Positions 7,367-20,228 of a stretch of 32,307 nt of DNA are shown here, one piece after another. The stretch lies in NCBI GenBank assembly GCA_020536535.1, contig JAHLWZ010000643.1, positions 1 to 32,307 of the forward strand. Reading direction: 5' to 3'. Under the pieces are notes generated by a model. That model saw only the letters and a program-made list of their open reading frames with translations, made no database searches and was not told the origin of the DNA. The position numbers were made by a program, and so were the translations under genes. This DNA is from Pelomyxa schiedti (taxonomy: Eukaryota; Protista; Evosea). How positions within the stretch are numbered: the first letter of the stretch is position 1; every line of letters starts with the position of its first letter.

Positions 7367-10202
7367 ATGGGGTGCGCACAAAGCAAGGCCACCACGTCGC
7401 CCTCGTCGGCCACGGCCCCGCAGGCCGCGGCGTGCCAGCAGTGGCTGTCGTCGTGGGGTCGCTGGGGGTGGGCGGGGGCCGCGGCCGGCGTGGGCCTGGG
7501 CGCCTGCTGCGCCACCCGCTGCCTCTCCTACCTCCACCCCACCGCGCCCGCCGCCACCGCCACCACCACCACCACTACCACCCCAGCCGTCGCGCGCCCC
7601 ACCACGACGACCACGACGCAGGAGGAGGGGGCAGGCGAGGGGGGCGGCGCGAGTGGCGGGTCTTCCTCCTTCTGCGCCACCACAACGACTACCACGGCCA
7701 CAACCAGCACTACCACGAGTAGCAGCAGCGGCGCGGCGGGGGCGGGGGCGCCGTCGGGCGAGGGGGTGGCTGCTGTGGCTCCGCGTATGAAGTACGGGCT
7801 CAAGGCATTCTCGTCGCCTAGGATGACTGGTTGGACTCTCAGTACCTTCGCTTGTACGATTACTTCTTCTTTCTTTTTTTTTTTTTTTTTTCTTTCCCCT
7901 CCGTATTTTTTGACATAATGTTAGTTATCTTTGAGAAACTACGAATTCTGAGGAAAATATCTGTTTGGCTCAATGGTGGGGCCATGTTTAACCACCCAGA
8001 GTCAATTGCCACTGCTTATACATGGTATCCTATGACATTGCACCCGGCTTTCGTCCCTTCTGAACCTATAGCTGTGGTATGCCTAATTTTTTCCCATTCC
8101 GTGGTTTGGGTACCAACCTTTATCTCTAGGACGACGTTACTCGGATTCCTGACGTTACCCACCCTGGGTTCCAGTTCCCGAATATCATGTCATACTATCA
8201 CTGTTACGAGCGAGGTGGGTCTCCAGTTGTCATGGCAAGAAACCTGTTGATGGGAATAGCTCACTCAAATGAAATGCATAAGCTGAGAGCTGTTGTCGAG
8301 TACAATGCCGAGGTGTGTTTCTTGAACCCTTTACTTCCGCCTAAGTTAATCAGGCCATCATGTCTCAAGCACAAGAGAGCGAGGCTAGATGGAAAGCTGG
8401 ACGGCCTCTCTCTGTTCTCGACGGTGTCCCTATTGCCATCAAGGTACTTACGGACAAAGAAAATTAATTACATACTTGCCGTCTTAGGACCAACTGCAAG
8501 TAATGGGACACAACTGCGGATGTGGTGGTCCTCTCTTGCGAGTTGCGGAAATGGATTGCACTGTTGCTGCACGTTTGAGAAGGCTAGGTGCCATTGTTTA
8601 TGGAATGGTTTGTTCCCTTTCCCTCGTCTTTTTTTGGTTGGCTCAACTGTATACAACACAGACCAATATGAGCGAATTTGGGCTTCACACGACTGGACAC
8701 AATGCGCATCCTAGATATGGGCACGCAAAGTATGTTCTCTTTATGGCACTATATTCTCTATTTCTAAGCCAAGATCAGGAACCCTTACTCTCCCATTCAC
8801 GACACTGGAGGGTCCTCCTCAGGAAGTGCTGCAGCAGTAGCTGCGGGGCTTGGGCCTGTAGCTATCGGCGTTGATGGTGGAGGTAGCATACGAGTTCCTA
8901 GTGCTTCCTGTGGTCTCTATGGACTGAAAACAACTACCGGCCGGGTCAGCTCCACAGGTGACATGCTGTGCTGGGGTGGGGGTACCGTCGACGTAATCGG
9001 CCCCATTGCAGCCAATCCAAGGTATGGATTCTTCTTAATTTTCGACTGACGTACTCCAGAGACTGTGCCATCGTGCTAGCAGCTATTGCAGGTGAAGACT
9101 TACATGATCCAGCTACCTACCATTCTCCAGCCCTCAGCATGCTCCAACTCAATCGCACCGATCTGTCTGGGATTACAATTGTATTCCGTACTACAATGAA
9201 GTTATCTCACATGAGAAAAGGGAATTTACCCAGAGTGGTTTAATGATTCATCCCCAAGAATCCTCTCTTCATGTCGCAAATTTTTATGTACACTAGAACG
9301 CCTTGGCGCCGAAATTAAGGTTATCAACTTCCCGAACAATATAGTTTCCTCATCAGGCAATAGGAAATACAAATCCCTTGGCTACAAGAAACAAGGTTGG
9401 CACACTCCCTTGTCATAAGCACTGAAATTGCAGCTTGTGGTCCACCACGTGGTTCTCCATTCTGGAAGCAGATGCACCCTTCCTCAAGAGTAATGTGCTC
9501 TGCGGCTGCTGACGTTACTGCCTACGAGCTTTTATGTGCTGCCAAATACCGCGCCGTGGCAATTCAAGCGTGGGACGCCATTCTGAGACAAGTCGATGTA
9601 GTTGCCACACCGGCCTTGGGCGATTTCCCCCCAGAAGGTGTTCGCGACGGTGATGCTCTGGACCTCGCAAGATACTGCTCTACTGCCAAGGTATTCTCTT
9701 TCCAACTGTTATCACTTCTTCTTAACCGCTCTTTGCAGTACATGTTCCCCGCCAACTTCACCGGACTGCCGGCCATTGTTTTCCCCGTTGACTACAGTGA
9801 AGAGAAGGGCACCCTACCGATCGGAATGCAGGTAACAACCAACACAGAACAAACAAATACCAAACAAATGCGAAACCCACAATCCACTCACATCACACAC
9901 ACTAGATAATTGGCCGAGCATGGACTGAGGACCTCCTGATCCGCATAGCGGAGCTTGCATCAACTCATGTAACAATCCAACAGCCGGCCATATACTACGA
10001 CCTCCTAGGGGGTGTTGGCCCAGCTCCTGAATCCACTGTGGACCTGGACCAACAGCAACACTCTGAGGGTTCCATACTTACACCACCATCCCGTCCCTAC
10101 TCCCTTGTGGAAGTTGATGTCACTGAAGATGTCAAGAAGGACCAGACCAACGCACCTGATGACACAACTACAACTACCACTGAAACAAAGAAGGACCAGT
10201 AA
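7367..10202 (+). CDS. FAAH: Amidase-signature enzyme, plant-type fatty acid amide hydrolase-like; N-terminal myristoylation/palmitoylation motif; multi-exon
   Basis: Starts MGCAQSK. Catalytic Lys motif [11 protein letters not shown]|DQ; signature RNPY...[49 protein letters not shown]; C-terminal [19 protein letters not shown]...LPIGMQ|[15 protein letters not shown]...[22 protein letters not shown] and P.IYYDLL resemble Arabidopsis FAAH. Stop TAA at 10200-10202. Confidence 0.9.
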
Positions 10203-10357
10203 CTACCACAACAAAAAAAGAACAATGAAAGGCAGGATTGTATGTTAAGAAACCTAAAAAAACAAAAATTTGTTCTTAAAAAGAAACAAGGGAGATGAAT
10301 GCTGTAGGTTTTTTTTTCACAGTGTGAAAGTGTTTGATAGGGAATATGTTTGTTTGC

Positions 10358-11497
10358 TTAGGAGAGTTGTGCACGCCAGGCATGATCAATTACGTTCCAC
10401 AATTCGGAGAACCTAGTGACATAGTGTTATTATTGAAAAGCGTGAGTGGTTGGACACACCAGTTGAGGAAGTAATTTCTAAAGTCGAAGAACTGGTGGAC
10501 ATGATTCTCCTTGGTGTACACGAGAATACTGTTGGCCAATGCCAGGTCGTGGTTGATTTGGAGTTGTGGCGGCCGGCCCTTTTCTAAAGCGCGCAGTGAT
10601 ACAGCGGGTTGTATGGATACAATGCTGGCAAGGGGAATTGCAAACTAAGAGGGAACTGTGAGTAGAGTGAACTCTAACGTATTCTCGCGTACGGCGAGGG
10701 ATTCGTCCTGTTTCGATGCAGTGAAGAGAGCCTTTATTTTTCCATCAAACGTGAGGTAGTGCGTCTGTGTAGATTAGTGTTAGTAATATCACCCGTTTGT
10801 CAATAAGTTACCCACGGATATAGAAAGATAGCCCTCAGCGTAGCACGCTCCAGTTGATACGTTGCAATGGAAATCTACAAGATAAGATAAGAAATTGCTT
10901 GTATATATAGACTTACCCATTATGAGCGCTTCTGTGATAGGGTACCCCAATTTCCGGAAACGGGCAAGTGACGCCTCGTCAGTTTTGGTGACAATTTCAG
11001 TAGATACTTCGTCATAAGCCTTGTCAATGAAACCTAAGCACAATGTGTTGAGAAATAACTTCCAATTAAGGAAAAGAATACCCTCAACAGTCGAAGCTCC
11101 CTGAATCACACTTGCAGCAAGCGAATTGAAAAAGCCCCCTTTGCTTCCTGTTGACAGTGTGATGTTGAGTTTAGAGAGTAAAAAAAGGAAAAGTAGCCTA
11201 CGTTGAGCGGCCTGTTGAGCCTCATACTTGCGTTGCTTTTCAACCGCCTTTTGCCTCCTTGCCAATTCCTTCTCTGCAGGTATGGCGGAGTTTTTGGTTT
11301 GTTCGTTTAGCGAGTTATATGCACCTCGACAACAAACCTCTAGTGATTTCAGCGGGCAAGGGATTGGTTACAGGGGCCAGAGCCGCCGGTGCCGGTGGCG
11401 TGTACGCCGCTGGCACATACACCGCCTTGATACGCCCTCCTGTTGTCGCAGACACACTGCTACTTGTCGTAGATGGTGGAGTTGACACCGCTGCCAT
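10358..11497 (-). CDS. GRAM/PH-GRAM domain protein (GEM-like), about 8 exons
   Basis: Spliced C-terminal part: ARFRKLGYPITEALIMDFHCNVSTGACYAEGYLSISTHYLTFDG...FAIPLASIVSIQ...SILVYTKENHVHQFFDFRNY...LWNVIDHAWRAQLS*. This fits the GRAM consensus (F...E.L..df.C.l.......G.LyiS...l.F; iPl..I; i.i.T......F..F). The N-terminus is Pro/Thr-rich with a short coiled coil. Confidence 0.8.
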
Positions 11498-11741
11498 CGT
11501 CACTCTCAACGCGTTGTGGTTATTTTATTATTTATGTTTGTTTGTTTTTTGACACTTAGGCGGTTGATCGTTTCCTAGAGTTCTGAAAAACAAAACAACT
11601 GTTCTTCGCGAATGACGATGGCAGTAGTTCCCGGTTGTTGGGTTGGTGGGTGAATGAAGGTTTTGTTTTTATTAGTTATTGCTGGTCATTGGGGCATGTT
11701 CGAGTGCCAAGTAAATGTGATGGAAACTGGAAGTGTCTGTT

Positions 11742-14700
11742 TTAGGATGAGCCGTACATTCCATTGACAAAGGACTGGTAGTCATAGAGTCCCTCAGCGT
11801 TTCGCTGCATGTGGGCCAGGGTCCATTCGGCGGTCTTGGGGTCCATGTAGCGCCGTACGATGTCCTCTGATATCCAGCGGTCCTGGTGGCACAGTGTCTG
11901 GAACGCCGAGTTGATTGTTGCCGGGCTGTCCGAGTCCGCTGTCTTCTGGATCATAAAGTCCACAAACTCGTCGAAGTTAACCTGTGGTTTGGTTGTTAAT
12001 GGTAAGATTAACTTGGGAGAAACTTGCCTTTCCGGGTGTGGCGTGGGTGATTTGGGCGAGAATTTGTTCTACTTCCGCATCAGCGGCATCGTGTCCGAGT
12101 GAGGCGTAGCAGGCCTGAAAAATACGTGAGAAACGGAAACTGCCGGTAAAGGATTGTTACCTTGAACTCGAATCTCTCCAGGAGGTGGTCCCTATCCTTG
12201 TCAAAGTAGGTGAACATTTCCTTAAACTCCTCAAGTTGCTCAGGAGGAACTTTGGAGCCCTTGCAGGATTTAGTCAATGAAAACGGAAGCACGATGATAC
12301 CTGTTGATCAGCCTTAAGTTTCTGTAGTGTGACTAATTCCTTGTCCACAACATCCACCAAGCTCTTGTAAGTAGTGTGCAAGGATTCCACCGTTTCATCG
12401 GTATGAGGGTTGTGGACAATTTGTCTTCCAGACATGGTGTCATTGAGAGTTTCAAGATCAGCGAGCATGTGGCATTGGCCAATTCGCGTTTTCTTGGCTG
12501 TAACATCGTTGATCTGAGAGTTGTATTAAGATAAAAGAAATTGATTAAGGTGTGCCTGTACCTGGGCATCGATGTTGTCTCCAGAGGTAGCAGCTGAGGA
12601 CTCTGTCTTGATCCACGCTTTGAACTCCTTTACTTTTTCGGCAAATTCCAGACGAAGTCTCTCATCCTCCTGCAAAAAATTAGGTTATACTGTAAACAAA
12701 ACATAATTACCTCCTGCCGTGCAAGCTCCTCTTTGAGGGCGGCATCTCTTTCCACGAAGTCAGCTTGGATCTTTTCCCATCTCGCATGTAAATCACTGAA
12801 CTCCACAATGCTGTAAACATTGGTGACGCCCTCCAGTTTTTTAGCCAGGTGCTTAATGGAAGAAAATTCATTCTCATGGTGTAGCAATTTTTTGTGAGTG
12901 TCGGCGAAAGATTCGATGAGGGAGTGAATTTGTGAAAGAGAAGTGGCTCGGTACGGCTCAGCAAGTGCATCCTGAATGAAAGGAGTGTTAGGTTAGTTCA
13001 CAATATTTCCGGGGTTCCCCATACATTGGAGTCTTGGATCATACGAGAAAATTCTCTAGCCTGCTTTGCGTAGTCCTTCCTTCGTTTTTCTAGTTCCTCC
13101 TGTTTTTCCTTCTCTTCAAGAAGCATGTGTTCTCGCTCTGTACACAAGGTTGAACAATAATAAAATAGGAGACGGAAAAACCTTCAGCCAAAGTCTTCAG
13201 CTCACTGAACATGCCGTTGAGTTCTTCAATGGCAGCAAGAATAGTGGACATTCCGCTGTAACCCGATTCTTGGAGCTGCTGTGAAATGGAATTGAGCTCT
13301 GCCATTCTGACAGAGCTTGCTGCAATGTCGTCCTTGGTATCGCTATTCAAGGTGAGCTTTGCGTCAACCTGTCATTGTTTTGATGAGATGAAACTAACTT
13401 GAGAGATTATTCTAACCTCTGGAAGTGTTGAACCACAGTCTCGAGCAGCAACACTTGGCTTTGTGTTTGTTGCCCATTGTTTCAATGTATTGTACTTAGT
13501 CATGAATCTTAGTACAAGATTTTCAATCGCAACCATTCTAAGTAGGGCAGCTCGGAGAGCTTCATCTCTCTCCGACTAAAGCGACTTAGTAGGTTTTTCT
13601 TTCAAAAGAGGGTCAAACCTCAGATTTCGCCATTCTGTCCCACAAGTCAGAAATATCCTGAGGGTGCAACCCAGGAGGAGGAACAAAAGCAGGCCTGTTG
13701 TTAACACGAAGTTGAGTCTGAAGGGTACTGAACTCTCCCTCCACCTCAAGACGTTCTCCAACCTAATAACATATAGTTGAGTAATATTTAAAATAAAAAA
13801 AGAGAATTAACCTTTGTCGGCTTCACAGTCTTTTTGTATTGCAAAAATTCGTTATAAACCTCTAAATAGAGTCAGAAGAAACATAAGAAAGCTTGTTGCG
13901 TACTCTGAACATCCGCAAGGGAGCCACCAAAATCACGGCCAGCAAGCTCGGTCATGTTGGAGTTTATCCAGTCAACCAGCTTCTGTGCTTTGGCAATGTA
14001 CTCCGTCTTCATTTCATCAAGATGCCTTTTAAAATTAACAAGGGAATAAAGTGAATGGGAGGATACATCTGAAGTCCAACTATCTTGGCAACACGTCGAC
14101 CTGCCACATCAGCTTCATTTACTTTGGAAAAGCTTGGAGAAGTCAGTAAATAATACAAGAAGTAGTTGACTCACAAGTGGAAATATTCACTTAGATATGT
14201 CATCACACTCCTCTCATCAGGCTCGGCAAGCATATCCTCTACATCCAGTAACGCTGGTATTCCTAACTGTTGCTCTGCCACAGTAAACGCAAGAGTGAGA
14301 TTTTCCTTTTTGTTGTTCTTGTCCAGAGAATCATAGTTGATCAAGTCGGGGCGGTAACTGTGAATAAGAGCACAGAACCCAAGTCCATTGGTCCAGCTAC
14401 CAGTGAAGTTCTGAGAAGATGTCAATATTTTTGTGCACCAACAGAACTCTTACCTCAATGTGAACATCACGATAACCCTTTGTGCGCTTTTTGCACCAGA
14501 GAAGAAGCCCCTCCTTAGCGGACATTTCTTCAACGGAAATCTAATTAGACTCAGTGTAATGTATAAGTGCAACGATGCACGCACGCCCTTAATCTGGAAA
14601 TCGAGAATGATTGCCCACAGCATTCCCAAAATCATTTTAAGGTTTCCGTCAGCCAAGTGGGTTGCGTGCAAGAAGTTTGTCTTGATTTTGGCCTCCTCCA

Positions 14701-15137
14701 CCATTTGAAGAGCAAGAGCAATGTTATCCATCTAAGTAATAGCCGGTTATTATATGCTAAAGTGAAACTACATCAGCACACAATCTGTGGTCTGATCTTC
14801 GGGTTAGCATTGTACTTCTTTGGAATAGGAGTCTGATATAGAGAATTAATCAGTTTCATGAGCATTATGCCGGTCTTGAAGTCGTGTTCCAGGTCGTGTA
14901 GTTGGCACTCTTTCCCATGCACCTTCACTACATAACATCATCAAAACCAATTTTTCAAAAAAACCTCCCAACTATTTACACAAAATAGAAGACGACGAGG
15001 GACAAAAGGGGGGAAAAAAGAAAAAAAAGAGGGTGTCAGTTACCGATGTGGCTGTTGGCCCACTTTGCGAACGTTTTCTTTTGGATCCTTTCACGTTCGC
15101 CCTGTAGCTCGTCAACTCTGTCAACTCGCGATGCCAT
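11742..15137 (-). CDS. abpA: Alpha-actinin (two CH domains, spectrin-repeat rod, C-terminal EF-hand domain); many short introns
   Basis: ATG at 15137. CH1: [13 protein letters not shown]...[22 protein letters not shown]2: [26 protein letters not shown]...[39 protein letters not shown]. The helical rod is an estimated ~480 aa. EF-hand region [27 protein letters not shown], ending in YDYQSFV. Confidence 0.95.
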
Positions 15138-15383
15138 CTCCGCAGATCCCGACACCCTCTTGTGTGTTGTTTTTTGGGTTTTTTTTTCTTGAATTTTTCC
15201 GAAAACGTTCACAACGCCTAGAAACAAAATTTCTCAGACAATGTGATCGACACAGTTGGTTTAAGAGACACCCCTTTTTTTGTTTTTACAAAGTGGAGGT
15301 GATGCAATCCATGCCCCCGGTGGGGAGGTGTTGTTGTTGGATTGGCGTGGGTGTTGGGAGTGGGTTATGGGACACGTGTTTTC

Positions 15384-16179
15384 CTACTCACAACGCCATA
15401 GGCCATAATGTTGGTTGTTGGGTTGGGTAATGTCTGTTGGTGTTAGGCTCAAACCATGACAGTTAAGCAAATGATTTGCAAAGGCAGGTCTCGTCTTTTT
15501 TCGACCTTGTGTTGGTTGAGAAAAAAAAAAGAAAAAAAGAAGATAGAGCACATACCCTGGGAACACAGGTTGCATACAAATGTGGGGCGTGGCTTTTTAG
15601 TTGTTGACTGAAGGGTAATATCAATTTGTGGTGCCGGTCTCTTTGTCTGTACTATCGATTCAGTATTCACTTGGTTCACAATTCCGGCAGTGACTACACT
15701 GATGTTAGTATCCAGGAGCCACACAGTCAAAAAAAAAAAGGATGGCTGGTCCTACCAAAGCAGTATTCGGTTCTGTACCATTGGCCAATGGCACCCTCCA
15801 CATACAACCTGAGAGTATTTGGCCCGCGGGACTTGTCCTTGCCATAATTCCCCAGCCGAATGTGCTGGCACATTACCGGGGGTCCATCGCGCCACTGCAG
15901 CACTGTCCACCCCGAAGGCCCACATAGATCCCAGAGAGGATTCTGCCAGTCCACAGCAGCGACCGAGTATCCACCCTTTAGTATCACGCATTGGTCCTGG
16001 TATTGAGCTGGCACATGTCCGGGCTCCCAGCACACAAGCACAGCTTCAGTCTTGCTGGGGATGTAGTACCATGTATTCAAGCGATTCAAGGGCTCGGTCT
16101 TGGGCTCTCCGGCAGTGGATAGTTTTCGGAGGGCAGGGTAGTCATCAAAGTGGCGATCACACTGACCCGCTATGGCCAT
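15384..16179 (-). CDS. Hypothetical protein with a C-terminal C2H2-type zinc finger (5' end uncertain)
   Basis: The 150-aa Trp-rich ORF is spliced via two introns to VTAGIVNQ...PTFVCNLCSQ|GRKKTRPAFANHLLNCHGL..., i.e. F-x-C-x2-C-x13-H-x4-H. The frame stays open upstream of 16179, so a further exon is possible. Confidence 0.6.
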
Positions 16180-16927
16180 GAAACGAGAGTTGGTGTTGTT
16201 GTTGGCACGCCTGAATGTTGTAGAAAGTTGTTTGACAATTCCAGAGCGCCGATTAGTCTGACTGGATGCAATTGGTGTATCTTGGGTTGTGTTAGATGTT
16301 GTGAAGGGAAAAAAACAACAATGAAGAATAAGGTGGGGAACACCTTAAAACAAAAACAAAAGAAAATAAGAAAACCAAGAAGGAGAAAAAGAGTTGGGTT
16401 GGTACTTGTCATTGTTGTGGAAGCCTACGCTTGTTTTTCTTTATTTTTTGTGGCGAGTCGGTTTGGTTGGTTGAGGTTTTTTTAAAAAAATGAAGTTTGT
16501 GTTCGCGTCGGGCTTAAAAGCACAAGCGGCGTCGCCATAGCGGACAGCTTCAAAAGGAAATTTTTTTTTTTCATCAACTTTCTTCCTTCGGGGAACATTG
16601 ATCGACACATCACGGAGTAGCAGTTCCCCATCTATTGCTAAGGTGCAGAAAGCTAAATGGCTTTGACAGAATTGCCCTCCCACGTTTAAACGCATTGATC
16701 TGTGTAACCAACTGGAGGAAAAATAATTTGTTTTGTCGAACATAGTGCACTATTTTGTCTTTTAGCTCTTTCAATAGGAAAAATCTTTTCTTTTGTCTAG
16801 TTGGCTTGGGTACAGTTTGTATGAAACAATGAAAATGACCGAAGAGTATTCAATGAAATACACCTAGGGAGGATGCGGAGAGGTCCCAGAGAGCTTGCGT
16901 GGAATGCGGGCCTCTGTAGAAATGGTA

Positions 16928-18546
16928 TCAGTGCTTGTGGAAGGAGGGTGAAAAGCATGCATACCCAAAGTCGAAGCACTCTTGGAAGAGTGAGGATGTA
17001 CAAGCGATTTGTTGTTGGCCTTGCGGGAGTTGCCGCTGTTGTTGTACTTGGGTATAATTGATTGGTAGAAGCATGGGAGGGGGTATTGGAGATTTGGGAG
17101 GGGCAGGAGACCCGAACACAAACGGTTCAGCAGGCGGTTTTACTTCCTGCTGCGGCTGGTAGACTGGATAGAAAGGAGTTGGAGGTGTGAAGACTGGTAC
17201 GCACATGGGAGAAACCGGCGATACTGTGGCAGGAGACACATAGTGGTTAGGTTCAGTTGCTGATGCGGATGTGTTGAAGGAACACAGTTGGGGCACCGTG
17301 GGTGGAGTCAGAAGACAAGTGTTCAGGATGTTGCACCCGGATGTGACAAGATTGGAAAAAGTACTTGGGCTGGAAGCCGAATTCGGTATGGGCGCCAGGG
17401 CAGGGGGTAAGGCTATAAGATCTTTTGAAGCAAGATAGTCATTGAACTGTGGGACAAGTTCGGTGGGGAGCGTCGTTTGCATCCTCCCTGCGGGAATGTG
17501 AGTTGCGATATAGACAAGCAAAAAACCTACCAAATGGATATACAGGGGCAGAGGCTTCCATGGCTTGGGAGTTCTGGTATTGAGAGCCTGAAGAGAAATA
17601 AGAGAGTTGATGTGGTGATCTGGGACATTTAGTAGGTACCTGGATTAATGTAGGAAAAGGCCACTTTAGGGGAGTTGTGTTTGAATAACTTGCTCGTACT
17701 TATGTGGGTAGAAGGGCTTGGCGCCCGTTTATGAGGAAGCATAGAAGGGCTGGAAGAGGCTGACTTCGGGGAGAGAGGTATGTGGATGCTAGAATGTGAA
17801 GGACTGTGCAGCGTAGGGGTAAGGGGAGGAGACGCCAGAGGGGTGCGTTCACCGGGAGTAGTTGGTGGAGAATTGCTGCGAACCATCGCGTGGCATTCAT
17901 TTCCATCTAACTTGTTCTTTCCACACAAAGACGCAAGATCTGACGGGATTACAAGAGGAAAACAAGGATCCTAGTAGGACCATACCATTTACATCAGCGT
18001 TGGCAATTAGCCAAGTGAGAAAGCATATGCCCTGAGGGGTTGGTAGACGAAAAAAACCAAACAAAATCGGATAGCATACAGCAGAAACGAGGGACAGAGA
18101 AGCTGCTGAAGCTGGGGATGCCCCTGCTTCACCCCCACTTGTCTGCTGGAATTCTTGGTCGTGGTACGAGGTATAGTGTGTGCTTTCTTTGTGCTTTTTC
18201 CCATTCTAGTATGCATATTTTAAGCAAACATAAATTTGTGAATAGAGCATACCATGTCTGTGCAAGGAAAAAAGAAGTCTAGTTGTCCGCAACCAAAAGA
18301 AATGGAACTGTTTCCACCAGCGGAAGATGAATACGAACTTGCTATAGACCCCCGTAAAGTCGCATTTAGTAGGCTCTGTACAAAATTTTCCTGCTGCTTC
18401 TGGAGGTTCTGCTGGTGATACTGATCTTGCAACTGTTGTCGCTGAGATTGTATCTCCTGTTGGTATGATACAACAAGAGGATTTTGGAACGCAGTCTTCT
18501 GTATCTGATGGAACAGCTGGGTGTGTGCCACCAAAACTTCTTCCAT
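16928..18546 (-). CDS. Hypothetical Gln-rich and Pro/Ser-rich protein, 5 exons
   Basis: Frame-consistent GT-AG joins link MEEVLVAHTQ...QQQLQDQYHQQ...FFFPCTDM|NGKKHKES...LVSA|GICFLTWLIANADVN|DLASLCGKNK...SPPTTP...YINP|...KPWKPLPLYIHLVGFLLVYIATH...SPSFHKH*. No family recognised. Confidence 0.65.
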
Positions 18547-19030
18547 CCGCGGATATCGATTCACACACACATCTGGTGTTGCCCACACAACAAATTCCAA
18601 AAGGCACACTATAAACATGGCCAAGGACCAACGGTACCTGGTGACGTTTTAGAGGTAAAAGGAAAAAAAAAAAAAAGAAGAGAAAAAGAAAATCGAGACG
18701 TAAAACTAAAAAAAAGCGAAATGCACACCCTGTTTTCCTTATGAAATGCGAATAGAAGAACACCATTCTCTTTCGATTGCCCACCCCTTTGTGTTGCTTT
18801 TTTCCTTTCTTTGTAGCTGTTTGTCGTCTTTCCGGCACTCGCCCACCGCCACAGTACCGCCTGTTTGTTTTTTTTTTGTGTTAATAAATTTCTGAGGACG
18901 CAACAGGCAAGGCCTACCCATTAGATCTCGTAATCGCATTTTCGACCATTCGCCGAAACCAGATCCCTTCTCTACGGGGAATTAATCTACCAACTAATTA
19001 CCGATCCTACAGTGTAGTCATGCCCCTTCT

Positions 19031-20131
19031 TCAGGGTTGCGAGGTGTTACATTGTTTTACTGTTGGTGAAAAAGGTTTGTGCATGGTTGAGTGGTTTTTC
19101 CTTTGTGGTTGGGTTGGTGTGGGAAGGCAATGCCAATGTGTGGTGGAACTGAGTGTGACAGCTACGAGGACCTCACTTGGCATGGGATCAGAGTCACGAC
19201 ACATAAACGTGCAACCACAGTGTTCGTTCTTCATGTCACATAGTTCCAGTGACGTCAGACTACGTTTCGCCTTGCACGTCTTGTTGTTGGCTGTCATATG
19301 AATGTGCACAACTTGCTCCTGAGAATAGAGATTATTCTGAATGACGTGCAGGTAGACTCCTAGTCTTCCAACTGATTTGCAGGACCTGGCCACAGAGATG
19401 TCGATGTCCATGCCCGGTGTGGAAATGATGTTACTTCCAATTACGAGCCATTTAGTGTGTGCTGCTCTACTCTTTGCAGTGAACGTGGTGGTGAGGTTTA
19501 CGTAACGGAAAGCTTTTGCAGTAGAATTGGCAGTGGAATGTATACCTTGTAACATGAATACGTATTCATTCAAACGGTTCTCCAACACATTTAACAGGCA
19601 CCTTTTAAAATCACTTGGGTAAATAAACTGTGTCACAAGTTAGTCCAATTGGACTCACTGAAGTCGGCGAAAAATTGAAACAAACTCTCTGGCTTGCCGA
19701 GTGTCCCATGGAATCGATTGCCTTCAACCCGTTCGGAGAGGGAGAGAGGAGGGGGGAGGGTGTAAGCCTAAACAGCCATTTGGTGAATAAGAAAGCCTCA
19801 AGATGCACACACATCTAGATTTGACTGTACATCGGCTTTCAGTTGCTCAATCCTCGTGTTTACCATCGCCACCATTTCATTCCTTAGTTTGCCCAACGAT
19901 TCACCAATTTGTTCTCACTTGGCCAGCACTCTGAAACATGGTGAATTGCCAATGATGCGCAGCAGCCCACATGCCAAAACGGTAACGTTACCATCATTGA
20001 CGAACAAAAAAAAAAAAAAAACGCAAACCTTCTTCAGCATCATGAACTAGCCCTGCTTCACGGCACGATCCAGACACTCTCCAAGGCCTGCGGGCACCCA
20101 CCCGCGATTCACGCACCAACTGCTCGGGCAT
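19031..20131 (-). CDS. Hypothetical protein: coiled coil plus possible degenerate MATH/TRAF-like beta domain; 5' exon structure uncertain
   Basis: 201-codon terminal ORF 19031-19636 and an upstream heptad exon EQIGESLGKLRNEMVAMVNTRIEQLKADVQSNLD. The segment SNIISTPGMDIDISV...GRLGVYLHVI loosely recalls MATH (S..F...G..w.l.v....g.lSvyL). Upstream splice sites are ambiguous. Confidence 0.45.
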
Positions 20132-20228
20132 TGATCAATATTCTCTGGCGCCCAGTCCCCCTCTCTTCGGCAAACAGAAATCAAAAAGCTAAGAACTTTT
20201 CCGTTTACGCGCGCCTAACCCCATCGCG

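Noticed and set aside
7372-7803. His/Arg-rich and Val-rich alternative ORFs
   Set aside because: Alternative frames of the GC-rich (ACC)n amidase first exon.
16441-16800. 100-aa ORF and short GGGGAAC/GTTCCCC stem in the intergenic region
   Set aside because: No coding motifs; a 7-bp stem is expected by chance; no snRNA or tRNA signature.
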